Part shown: piece by piece, positions 1 through 13,566 of the stretch
Position numbering within the stretch: the first letter of the stretch is position 1
Layout of the letters: every line of letters begins with the position of its first letter
Assembly: GCF_009914755.1 (NCBI RefSeq)
Contig: NC_060938.1
Strand: one strand, 5' to 3'
Source: the human T2T-CHM13v2.0 reference genome, Homo sapiens
DNA length: 64,000 nucleotides
Translations under genes and position numbers: made by a program
Notes under the pieces: model-generated
The model's database searches: none
What the model was told of the DNA's origin: nothing
Seen by the model: the letters and a program-made list of their open reading frames with translations, nothing else

Positions 1-759
1 AGCTTTATTGAGCTTACATCTTATTGAGGAGAGGCAGACAAAAACGAATAAGAACCGTGAAGAAAATATAGAGTTTATATGATAAAAATTAATGGGATGA
101 AGTGCTGGAAATTTCACTGGATTGGAGACCACTAGGGCTACTTCAGTAATTAGTTTTGAGGTCTCCTGTTGTTGTTTCTCAGCCCTGATGGTCAAGAAAT
201 TCTTTCCTGTTTTGCTTGTTTCCATTTCTGTCTACTGCTTTTTATTCTGTTGTCCTCTTAGGTAGTACACAGCCCTTTTTCTGAAAGTCTTATCTCTGAT
301 GAAGAAAACACTTTTTCTCTTCAAACAGTAACTTAGTCTTTTGCTTTATTTCCTAGAGACTCTGATTTCCTAAAGTTTTTCATATTTGTTCTATGTATTC
401 ATTCTTTTCATTATTTTTGTTGCTCTCCACATAAAAATATAAAAACTTATCCTGTAAAGAAGTATTAATTTAGACATCATTTAGCCAGAATATAGCAGAA
501 GAATTATTTTACAGTTCTTATAAGGTACCTACTAATCCTCCCTCCTCCCTGCCCCCTCCCTGTCTTCTCTTTTCTCCTTTCCTTCCTTTCTTTTTCTCCT
601 ATCCCAAAATACTAGTTAAATAGTTTCTCTCCTTTAAAGTACTTTAAAGATAACTTCTTCATAATGAACTCTTGTGTGCATAAGCATTTCTTTTCCTGTT
701 AAGAAGCAGTGGACAATTTTTTTGTTTTAAAGACATTCTAGAAGATTTAAAAAAATTAT

Positions 760-906
760 TGTGGTAAGAACACCTAACTGTGAGATCTATCTTCTTAATA
801 GATTTCTAAGTGTACAATACAGTATTAGTAACTGTAGACATTATGTTGTGCAGGAGATCTCCATAACTTATTCATCTTGCATTACTGAAATTTTATACCT
901 GTTGAT
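760..906 (-). mobile_element. Old L1 (L1MA/MB-type) 3' region fragment
   Basis: gtgtacaatacagtatt...agatctccataacttattcatcttgc...gaaattttatacctgttga resembles antisense L1M 3' UTR. Confidence 0.6.
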
Positions 907-1964
907 TAAAACTAAAGATCCTTTTCAAAAAATACTTCTTAAGCCATGGCTTCCCCTGGTTGTGGACTGTAACCCTTGATGTTATTGACCATCTTGGGAT
1001 TAAGTTCCATTAAGAAAGACAGTGTTAGACATTGTGGAGAAATAATAGCAAGGAAATGTTTGTTCTGGTCCACCAAAATATTGAGGGACCAATTTTAACC
1101 TCCACATCGTTCCTTCTGGGGTTTTCAGGATAAGAAAAAAGGAGCTGTGGCTTGCTGCTATTTCAGTAGTCAAATAAATATTTTTAAATTGCTTGTTTCA
1201 TTAGTAGGATGTTTTTCTGAAAAGACAGAGTATATACCCCTCAGGATATTTCTGCCAATGTGTTAAAGTATTTGTAAAAAAAAATAAAATAAATGGCTTT
1301 GTAGAATGTTCTTGTTTCCCAAATGGCTACTGATTTTCTTAAGAAAAAGGTAGCAGCAATTTGCTGAAAAACAAAAATGACCTTTTATTAGTCAAGAGAA
1401 ATAAGATAACTAATTTAGATTGAATGTGTTTATCCTACCAGGGTCCAAAATTTCTATTTTCATGTATTCTCCTTTTCTTATAAAGGCTCCCTTTGGAACT
1501 ATCTAGGAAGGACCTGCCAACATCCTTGAACAGTGACCATTCAGTCTCTACTATACTAGAACCCATCTGATGATGAAATTTTGACTATATTTTTGGAGAT
1601 TTCATTCTGTCATTGGATAGCTCTAGGAAGTGCTTTTACACCTTTTGAGCTCTGGTCTTGAGTCCAGTAATTTTTACGTATCAGTCCTTGTTCTGCCTTC
1701 CAAAACCGCATAATCCTCCTTCAACTTGACGTCCTTTATGTGTTTTGAGATGGCCCCCATGGGCTTCCAAGTGTTTCTGGCTAAATATCCTGAGCTCATA
1801 CATGTGTTCTTCATACAGCAGCACTTTGAGGCCTCTCTCCATGCTGGTTACCTTCCTCCCAAGTCTGAGTTTTAATGTCCTGTTTAAAATGTTATGAACA
1901 CAGCTACTTAGAAAGCTGTGCAGTCATCTCAGAGTAGAATCAGACAAGGACCTCCTTCACACGA

Positions 1965-2470
1965 AGTGCTTCCTGTGAGGACCTATGTAATCTGCTCTGT
2001 CTTCTGCTATCATTTGTTTCTTCCCTTCTCTCCTTTGCATCATCCACTCCAGCGACACTGGTTTCCTTGCTGTTCCTCACACAAGCCAAGCACCCTTTAA
2101 CTTCCTTTTAAAGCCCTTTACCCTTATTTCCTCTGCCTTGAACTCTCCTCCTTCAGAAGACATGGGGCATTCTCCCTCTCTGCACTCAGATTACTATTGC
2201 TGTCCCCTCAGAGGGGCCTGCCCTTCCCAACCCATTCTAAACAGCCCTCCCCCATCATGACTACCCCTTGTCATGCTTTTATTAGCCCTTGAAATTCCCA
2301 GACATTATGTTATCATTCCATTTATTTGTTTATTGTCTGCTATCATTATTAGAGTATGATCTCTATTAAGTCAAGGACTTTGCTAGTTCCTGAATGTCTT
2401 TTCAGTACCCAGAAAAGGGTCTAGCATATAGAAGGAGCATAATAAATATTTGTGAATGTATTGACTAATT
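1965..2470 (+). mobile_element. L2 LINE 3' fragment
   Basis: Pyrimidine-rich L2-like text ending in ...aataaatatttgtgaatg, the typical L2 3' terminus. Confidence 0.6.
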
Positions 2471-2624
2471 TACTATCCATGCAGATTATCTTTAGGCAGA
2501 GGATAGAGAATAAGACTTTTTAGTACATATTTAACAGTGTGTGTAGCCATCCATACAGTAAAGAATTCTGCAACTCACAGTCACCCCAAACAGCATTTGA
2601 GCTTTTAGATACTATAGAGCAACC

Positions 2625-2735
2625 TGTGTCTGTGTGTGCATAGATATGTGTGTACATGTACACACTTATGTATATACATACACACATACATTCGTATACA
2701 TGCGTGTACATTTATGTATGTATTATGTGTATATC
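2625..2735. repeat. Degenerate (TG/TA/CA)n alternating purine-pyrimidine microsatellite
   Basis: Directly visible. Confidence 0.85.
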
Positions 2736-3559
2736 TCTGATTAAATGGGTGAACATGTGGTTTGGGGACCCGTGTCCAAGCCCTCTAGATTGTAGAAGCT
2801 GGAAATGACAAAAGTGAATGAAGTGAGGGAAAGTGAGCCAGCAGGACTGCTCACTGCACATGAATTTCCAAGGATACAGTTGTTCTTGAACAATCACAGT
2901 CAGTATATCAAAATAAGCGCTTTATTGAGTAGGGTAAAAGGAGTTGCTGGAAAGACTGTAAATTCTCTCGCAGAACAAATGATAACTGAGCCCAGGAGCC
3001 CTTTTGTTCTTGGGGGAGGGGGCATAAATTCCCTGAAAGTATCTGTCGCAGGGAATTGCTCTGCATTCATCATGTCCGCCTCCTGCATCATTCATGAATG
3101 TCATAAGACTCTAAAGAATTGGCACTTCATAGTGAAGATGATTAAATAGCCACTATACTTGTCTTTTCTGCTGCACAGTGCTTTTTAAAGGAATTCCATT
3201 TAGGTTGTAGCATGCCCCTTCGAATCCCTTCGCATTTCTTGCAACCTGAGGTCTCTGACATCAGAGGAAGGCCCTTGCTTGTTGGGACTGGACAGAGCTG
3301 GTGGGCTAGCACTTCAGTTTGCTTATTTTCCTTTGATGGAGACAATAGGATCTGGAAAAAAAAATGCCATAAAGCTCAAAGCAAATCATTTTTTAGGGAG
3401 TATAGAAATTGCTGTTTAGATTCTGCAGTGAATGAGCTGTAATTTTTTTCAGATATTTTCACTTCTCTTATCACTTCCTTGTGGACTAAGAATAATGAAT
3501 CAGAACAAGACACTTTTATATATGATTTGCTATTTTATATATTCAAATATAAGGCCTCA

Positions 3560-3983
<424 letters not shown>

Positions 3984-4139
3984 TCATGTATACATATTCT
4001 CTTTCTCTCTCTCCCTCTCTCCACACATACTCACTCCCTCTCTCTCTCTAAGTGCCCTAGAGTAATTCTTACTTCCCAAACAGCATCCTTAAGTGACAGA
4101 GTGCAAATGATTGAATTAACATTTATCTACTCAGGTATA

Positions 4140-4802
<663 letters not shown>

Positions 4803-7069
4803 TTAAAATTAAATTAAAAATATAAAGTTGGTCAATAAACAAATTTTCATAAGCACTTATGTTAGAGGCAACAGAAAGTATTTAGAGAGAACAGCAGACT
4901 GTAATTAGGAGAGAGGAGCTCTGATTTGTTTCCACCAGTCATCACTGTCACCTCAGACAAATTCTGTAACTTCCCAGGGCCTCAGGATTTGCATCTGCAA
5001 ATGAGGACACAAATGGTGGCTCCAGGATTCTCCTTCCACTCTTATGACACATGGCTTTATGTGTCAGGAGGGGCTCAGCCATCAGGAGGGAACAGAAAAA
5101 AAAAAAAAAAAGCTCAGGATATCACCACTATTTCTGAGGAACTCATAATTTAATGATCTCTGCAATCTCTAAGCTCTGCTGGGAAATGAGCTCCAGCATA
5201 ACACGGGTTCTGGGTCTGTAGTGGCATCGCTGACTGAAAGATAGGTCATTTTTAAAATAGTGGTATGACCTTTGGCTGTGATTTCCTCATAATAAACATA
5301 ATATGATTTTTGTGCCAATTTTCTGTTAATTATGGGCTTCTCCTAAAAGTTTATGAGTTTAGGAAGAATGTTCTTTTTAAAGTAGAACTTTGGACACATG
5401 TTAGGAGATCCAATTAAATAGATGGATCATGGAAATTGGGTCATCACTGGTTGTTACCAGTAAGAGGATCCCTTAGAGATAATGTGTTCACCTGTTACCA
5501 TAGAAGTCTTATGAGCTGTGCCTGTAAGTTACCAGTGGCTTCAAGGCAGGTAGACCTTTTGAGCTTTAATTTGTTCCTAGAAGGAACCTCTTCACTTCTC
5601 ATTATCCAGACTTTCCCTAGAAGTGGGAGGGCTGATCAAAATGCCAGCCTTGGCCCTTTGCATTCTGCTGCTCCAGCCATGTGGGTCTGATTTGTTCTTA
5701 CTGCTGGTTTAAGAGAGATTAAAAGGAGCAAAGCTGTTCTCTAAGTTTCTTGATCTGCACCGTGGCAGCCAGAGTCAGAGGAAATGGAGACAATGGGAAA
5801 GGGACTAAATCCTAGAGAGTGATGTGTCTGGGATCTCGGGAAGCAGACCCAGCGTTCAAATGCAGGCTTCAAATACTAGGTCATTGCTTTGGAGAATCTT
5901 CTTGCACCCAAAACAACTTGCCACAACCTATGTGGCCCAATGTGCAGCAAAAGCTGAGCCTGAGATAAGGACAGACAGGATATATGGCTGAATAAAGAAC
6001 TTTCAATTTCCTTTTCTTAGTAGACGGACAAGTATCCCATCATTAAAAAAAAATAGCCACATAAAAAAGCAGTTTCCAATCTAAGTGCACATGGGGTATG
6101 CCAAAATCTTTGCACATGATTGACTTAATCAGAAGGCCCAATCTAATGGAGAGAAGTACTGTATTAATTTAAATATGGCAGGTGCTTTCTAAGTTTATTG
6201 CAAGAGTTAAAGACCAATTATCTTGTATTTTTCCATAAAATTGCATTTTCTAAAAAGAGACTGGTGTGTCTGAATACATCCATCATAATAAATCTTCAAG
6301 CTTGGATGGAAGTGACTGCTGTTTATTTGCAGCATGTCATATCTGTACTATTGAATCAATGCTAAAGTTATCATATTAGAACTAAGATGAGGGCCCGGAA
6401 AATGAGTTTTTATAGACTCACAGCGTGATTTTGTGAATAAAAGCATAAGACCAGGACCAGGTGTAGAAAGTGCCTTATTCCAGGGCCTGATGACCTGGAA
6501 GGCAATTTTCAAATGTAGGGATTATGCAGTCACCTCTCACAAGGTCCAGGGTGAAGAACAAGTAAGAAACTTTCTATTTTCTGGGGAATAGGCACACTTT
6601 CAAAGGAGGAAGAGGTATTGAGATGAGACAGAGAAATTGAGATGGAAAGTGTATTTGAAATATGTGTAATTAGGCAGGAGAAATGAGAATCACAAAACAC
6701 TAGCAAAAGTCATTGTCTTGCTAAAAATAATAAAGGAAGAAAAACAAAGTATAAGCTAAGGCTTTGAAGGTGATAAAATATTAAGAAATTTTGCTTCTGT
6801 ATTTATAGGAAATCAGTTTTTAAAAGTATAAACTAATTACTAATATATTACATAATAATGCAGTGATGTTGCTTGTCCATGATAAAAGGTAATAAATAAA
6901 AATTTGTTTAATGAATAATGAAAAATAGCTTTCACATTTGGAGTTGATTTTGATTCATTTTGATCTCTTATGTGGCTCTTGGCTGTAGACTATCTTTGTT
7001 TTAAGAAGAGCAAACCCATTTGTCCTAATATTCCTGGAGAATTATTTCATTCAAAAGAATAAAAATATC

Positions 7070-7255
7070 AGCCAGGCGTGGTGGCTCACACCTGTAATCC
7101 CAGAACTTTGGGAGGCAGAGGCAGGTGGAACACCTGAGGTCAGGAGTTTGAGACCAGCCTGGCCAACATGCTGAAACAGAGATGGTGCCACTGCACTCCA
7201 GCCTGGACGACAGAACGAGACTCTGTCTCAAAAAAATAAATAAATAAAAATAAAA
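7070..7255 (+). mobile_element. Alu with large internal deletion (left-arm/right-arm fusion)
   Basis: Left arm runs to aacatgctgaaac (7177), then jumps to gagatggtgccactgcactcc; degenerate TSD taaaaat(a/g)tca. Confidence 0.92.
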
Positions 7256-7975
7256 GTAAAAATGTCATGTATATAATATAGAGAGAGGTTCAAATACGCT
7301 AAGAGAAAAAGAAGCCAAGATCATGTAAGCATTATGATTACAACCACATGCAGACTATGTTTTTCTTCTGGCTGAAGGCCAGAGAGAAAGGCAAGTAGCT
7401 GTATATTCAGTGGGTGTTATTTGGTCAAATCGATTTACATAGTCTTGCAGGTCTTCCAAATACTAAATATTAAGTACTTGGAAAATAGCTGAGCAAAATC
7501 TGAGTGCATTCTATGATGATACAGTAGCACAGTCTTGCTTGGGACTTAAAATCATGGTTGTTTATGGTCATGGAGTTCTAACCAAACCCTTGAACACAAA
7601 ATTCAGTGAGCTCAAAATGAAACTAACACTTTCACATTCTAATCTGTATTTCCTTTTCTATCTACTATTTTATTTGTCCAAATTTGAAAACTCTGAACCA
7701 ACCCCAGATCCTTCTTTTTTTACTCCCCAAATATCAAATAGATCACAAAAGGCTTTTATTCTTCATGTCTTTCATATCTGCTTCCCCTGATTTCTCATGC
7801 TCACTGATCCAATTCCAATTTTCATCTCTCGTGTCTGGGGTATTGCAGCAGTCTTCCTCTAAATCCCCATGGTCACACATTATCCTCCCTCCATCTTCTC
7901 TACTGCAGACAAAGTTATTTTTCTCAAACTGTGCATTTTCCCACTGATCAATGTAGTCATTCTCCAACTTTTTAA

Positions 7976-8439
<464 letters not shown>

Positions 8440-8444
8440 CAATC

Positions 8445-10060
8445 ATATATTCTTTAACATTGTTGTATTATTTCCCAGCAGTTTGTAGCTTATTTTGTTT
8501 TAATGCTTTATTTTCCTAGTAACAAATTCTAAAACGATGTTGAATAATATTGTGATAATGAACATCTCTATTTTCCTGATTTTAATGGCAAAGGCTATAT
8601 AATTTTGCCATTTAGTATGACAATACTTTGCTGTTGATAATCTCTATCATATTTAGAACATCTTAATTCTATCTTAATTAAATTTTAGAGGGAATGGCTG
8701 CTGAATTTTTTCCAATACTTAAAAAAAATCCTGAGTAAAATTATATTCAAATTCTACTTTAATTAGGTAAAGTAATGAATTTTGTTAACAGATATCTTTA
8801 AGCTGAAATACACTACTTTTCATGTTTCTGAAATCATATTTTTCTTCTAATATACCATTGAAATGCTATTCAAAAAATGTTTATCAATTTTTGTAAGTGA
8901 AATTAAAGTGTTTTGTTTTTGTGTAGCATATTTATTAGGTATTGGTATTAAGATTATGTTGGATTTACAAATGAATTGGAAAATTTCTTAGTCTGTTTGG
9001 GCCACTATAACAAAATACCATAAACTGAGCAGTTTTGTAAACAACAGAATTTTGTATTTCATAGTTCTGGCGGCTGAGAAGTTCAAGATCTAGGTAGATT
9101 GTATTGGTCTCTGGTGAGAATCTCTTTTCTCTTCATAGGCAACATCTTCTTCTATAACCTCACATGGTGAAACCTTACATGGTGATGTCTGTTTTATAAG
9201 ATCGTTTGTCCCCACCATCTCCCAAAGACCTTACCCTATAATAGGAACACATTGAAAGTTAGGATTTCAACATAGGAATTTGCAGGGGGATCATAGGCAT
9301 TGCAGTCCATTTCATGAAGATTTCTAACCTTGCCTGTAGTATGGTATAAAATGGAGTAATTTAGAAATTATCTCTTATCTTAAAAGTTATGTTGAAAGGT
9401 AGATGAAAATTACCTGTAAAATCACCTAGATCTGTATTTTTTAATTATTAAAACTTGAATCTCCTTTCCAATGGTGTCTATGGTCATTAGCCTATTGAGT
9501 TTTTCTACTTTTTCTTATAAATCTTTGACAAGTTATACTTTTTCCTAGAAATGATCCATTCCTTCTGACTTTCAAATATATTGCTTTAAAGTTGTACAAA
9601 GTATGATTTTATATTTGTAATCTTTTCTATTGTGATGGTTATATAATTTCTAATGTTCTATTTTTCTCCTTTAGTTTTTATTTCTGTTTTTTTAGAGGTT
9701 TATATATTTTCTTTGACATTTTAAAGAGCAAACTTTGGGATATTTTTAACTTTTATATTATTTCAAATATTATCGGGTAAATTTCAGCTTTTATTTTTAA
9801 TCATCAAAAACCATCTTATTTATCTTATTTTTGTAATAGTGCATTAAGGTGAAAGTTCAGTTTATTTATGTTTATTTTCCTTATTATTATTTGAGACATT
9901 TTCTTCTGAGTTTCTGAGTAAAGCTTTATCTGAAGTTTATATGACTTGATATATAAAGCTGTCTCTTCATTAATACTCTAATTATTAGGTTTTGGTCTTT
10001 TTTACTGTATATTTTAAGATTGTATGTATAAAGAGTACTGTTTGTTCAATAACTTAATTA
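8445..10060 (-). mobile_element. Highly decayed old L1 (ORF2 region), interrupted by a MaLR LTR
   Basis: T-rich, with motifs like gatgttgaataatattgtgataatgaacatc...ttcctgattttaatgg typical of antisense L1 ORF2. Confidence 0.65.
8985..9313 (-). mobile_element. MaLR LTR (MLT1A/MST-like)
   Basis: tcttagtctgtttgggccactataacaaaataccataaactg...agttctggcggctgagaagttcaagatc...aggatttcaacatagg. Confidence 0.8.
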
Positions 10061-10319
10061 TAGAAATCATTAAGGATTTCTTTGTCAACAAGAATATTAT
10101 CAGTTTAACAAATGTTCCAATTTGAAATATATACGAATTACTGAATATGCTTCTTTGGTAAAATTCCTGAGTTGCTTATCACCCAATCATCATGGTCATT
10201 CTTTGCCAATTTATTTAAGCACTTACTGTGCCCCTATGTGTTCCAGGCACTGTGATAGGTACCAGGAATTCTTTCATATCCAAACTCTTCTAGTTGTGAA
10301 AGAACCCAAATTTGAACTA

Positions 10320-10659
<340 letters not shown>

Positions 10660-10660
<1 letters not shown>

Positions 10661-10731
10661 GGAGAAGAGAGGAGAGGAGAGGAGAGGAGAGGAAGAGAAG
10701 CAGAGGAGAGGAGAGGATAGGAGAGGAGAGG
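10660..10731 (+). repeat. (GAGAG)n purine microsatellite derived from the Alu tail
   Basis: Directly visible. Confidence 0.9.
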
Positions 10732-13137
10732 GACAAAGGCACAACTTCACAATATAGATTATAAAAACTAGGTATTTTAAAAATGATAAGATTTTTCTCT
10801 CTGTGGCCAGATCTAAATTCAACAGCTTGTCTTTACTCTTTCAGTCAGGATTGATTTTCTCATGACTTTCTCCCCATAAGCAGAAATGTGGCCACGGCAG
10901 CTGTGTGTCTCTTATGTCACAGTTTTATCATCAGAGAGGCACTGATGGAGTGTTTCTCTGGTTCCAGGTTTAAAAAAAAAAAAAAAAAGTTCATTGAAGT
11001 TCTCTAGCCTAGCTTGGGTTAATTGATTACACCTTAGTCCATCTGCTGTATATAAGAGCAGAATCTTTTACGGACATGACAATTTCAGTTCAAATCACAT
11101 GATAAATATGGAGGAAAATAATAATTTCTTTGTGAAGAGGCTTAATGTTTCAAGATAGAGACAGAGGATGTGCTGCGCCGATAGAATAATGAAAGTCTCC
11201 TATAGTCAAAAAACAAACAAATAAACTTGAGGCAGATTCTTCACTTCGAGGTGCTCACCATAAAATGGCAATACTAAACTATTTCTAGAACTCTATATAG
11301 AGTGCCTGTTAGTTATTTTGATCCTGTTACAACTCTTTCAGATGATGAGGTAGAAGTGTTGTCGCCTTCTTAATCATGGAGAAACTGAGGCTCAGTGAAG
11401 ATAAATGATTGTTTTAGAACAGAAGCATGGACTTTAATAGTTGGGATTTGTTCTTTTCATCCAATTCTGACCTGGGTTCTATGATTAAGAGGTATGTGTC
11501 TCATAGAATCAAATCATCACCCTTCAAAAATATTAGCCAGCTTTTCCAGAAAAATCGTGTTGTATGAATTAAAGCCACAAATACACCAAAGTCATCCGTT
11601 TACAGCCCCTGGCCTCTTGTAAGTATGAGGATCATATAAATCAGGCATTTAAATCAAAGCACTGGAAATAAGCAACTGCTTTTTATGTGTATTGTTTTTC
11701 CAGAGAATATTCAATACTTAGCTACCCCTTCATTGTTCTTATTAAAAAAGGTATTTCAAGGCTGTGAAATAAAAGGAGGAAAAGAAGACAAATGTGTATG
11801 TTCCAAACTTCTCCTTTCCTCTAATCATGTCTCATGTCATCAGAAGGAATGCACTTCTGAAAAATAAAATGCTACAGAAAAGGCTGCTGAGTAATTATAA
11901 AATGATTACTTTTGTTTTTCCTTTATTCATTTATATTTTGCTTATGAACAAATGTATATATGGTCTTTGCTTTTAGTTAATGCTCTGTAAAATAGAATAA
12001 CGTGGCTATCCTTAAAGATGTCACGTTGCTTTTCTGTTGTACATCCCTGTTAGGTTAAATCTGAGATGCACTTATCTATTTATTTTTACAAAAACAATTT
12101 GCAATGTGATTTAGAAATGGAGGAGTAACATAAAACAATTTGACTAAAAATGGGTGTGATTTTCTTATCTGAGACTGCCAAAAATTCACCAAAGAAAAAT
12201 CATTCAAATGTCTTTGTGGTTAGGTTTCTTTTATAAATTGAAAGTTGTGTTCTATTTCATCATGAGAGATGCTGTGAGCTCTAACTGATGAGCATTTATA
12301 AAATATTTCCACGTTGAGATGAAATGACAAAAAGGCAAGATGAATTAATGAACATTGTATATTCTTATTCCTTTATTCCCATTCTACTCCATGCCTGAAT
12401 GGCAACGTGAAGATATGTAAGCATAGGTAAGCCAGGTTTCATTGATTAGTTCAACAGCATTTATTTCCTGTGCATTCACAGTGTTGAGAGATAAATAAAT
12501 TAAACAGCCCTGGCTTCCAGGAGCTCGTAGTAGAGAAGCATTCTGGATTTCCATTTTGTTTGACAATAAAACTTAATATTTATTTTCTTAAGCCTGAATA
12601 CTGTGCAATTTCCTAGAACTTATTTTGTTTTGCTATATAAGAAACTAGCATGGTTATGAAAGTTAAGTTGGCTGTGAGTTAATTTCTCACATAGACCTCA
12701 TTATAAATTTACCCTTCAGAATTTAGAGTTGTCTGAGTGTGGTATAATTAATCAGGAATGGACTATTATCTGACCTTACTTTATTCACTTTATAAGAGGA
12801 CAACCTCATGTAAAACCACTGTCATTTAAGTAAGATAAAATGAGTACCTCTATACTGCCAGTTGCATTGTGAAAGGATTGGGTTTTCATCTTGTTTGCTG
12901 TTTTTGTTTTGTTTTTAATTTTGGCCACATATTAGAAAGCCATTGTCCTTCTTTCCATCATCATCAGGTAAATGGTGAGAATATTAGAGATACAGTTTGA
13001 CATAATGAAAAGAATGTAGATTGTTGAGTTAGACCTGGATTAAAGTCCTAATTCCATTCGATATTTGGTAAAAGATCTTGGCAAGTAGTTTTACCTTATT
13101 CTATAGCTTCCCTCATCTTTAAAACCAAGATAGTAAC

Positions 13138-13566
13138 TGTTATGAGCTGAATTATGTCCCCTCTACAAATTCAGATATTAAAGTCATAACCCTCAGTATC
13201 TCAGAATGTGACTGCATTTGAAGACAGGGTTTTCTGAATGTGGTGTAATTCATCGGGAGTGGGCTATTTCTGACCTTGCTTTATTTTTCAGTTTCAGAGG
13301 TTATTTTGGTGGGCCCTCATCCAATAAGACTGATGCTCTTATAAGAAAAGGAAATTAGGGCATAGATTGGTACAAAGGGAAAACCATGGGAAGATACAGG
13401 GAGAAGATGATTGTCTACAAGCCAATAGAGAAGCTGTAGAAAAAGCCAGCACTGCTAACACTTTGATCTTGAAATTCTAGCCTCCAGAATTGCAAGACAA
13501 TGAATTTCTGTTGTTAAAGTTACCCAGCCTGTGGTACATTTTACACAGCCCTAGCAAACTAACACA
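13138..13566 (+). mobile_element. MaLR solo LTR (MLT1B-like)
   Basis: TGttatgagctgaattatgtcccc...cagccctagcaaactaacaCA; TG...CA termini and MLT1 motifs. Confidence 0.85.
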
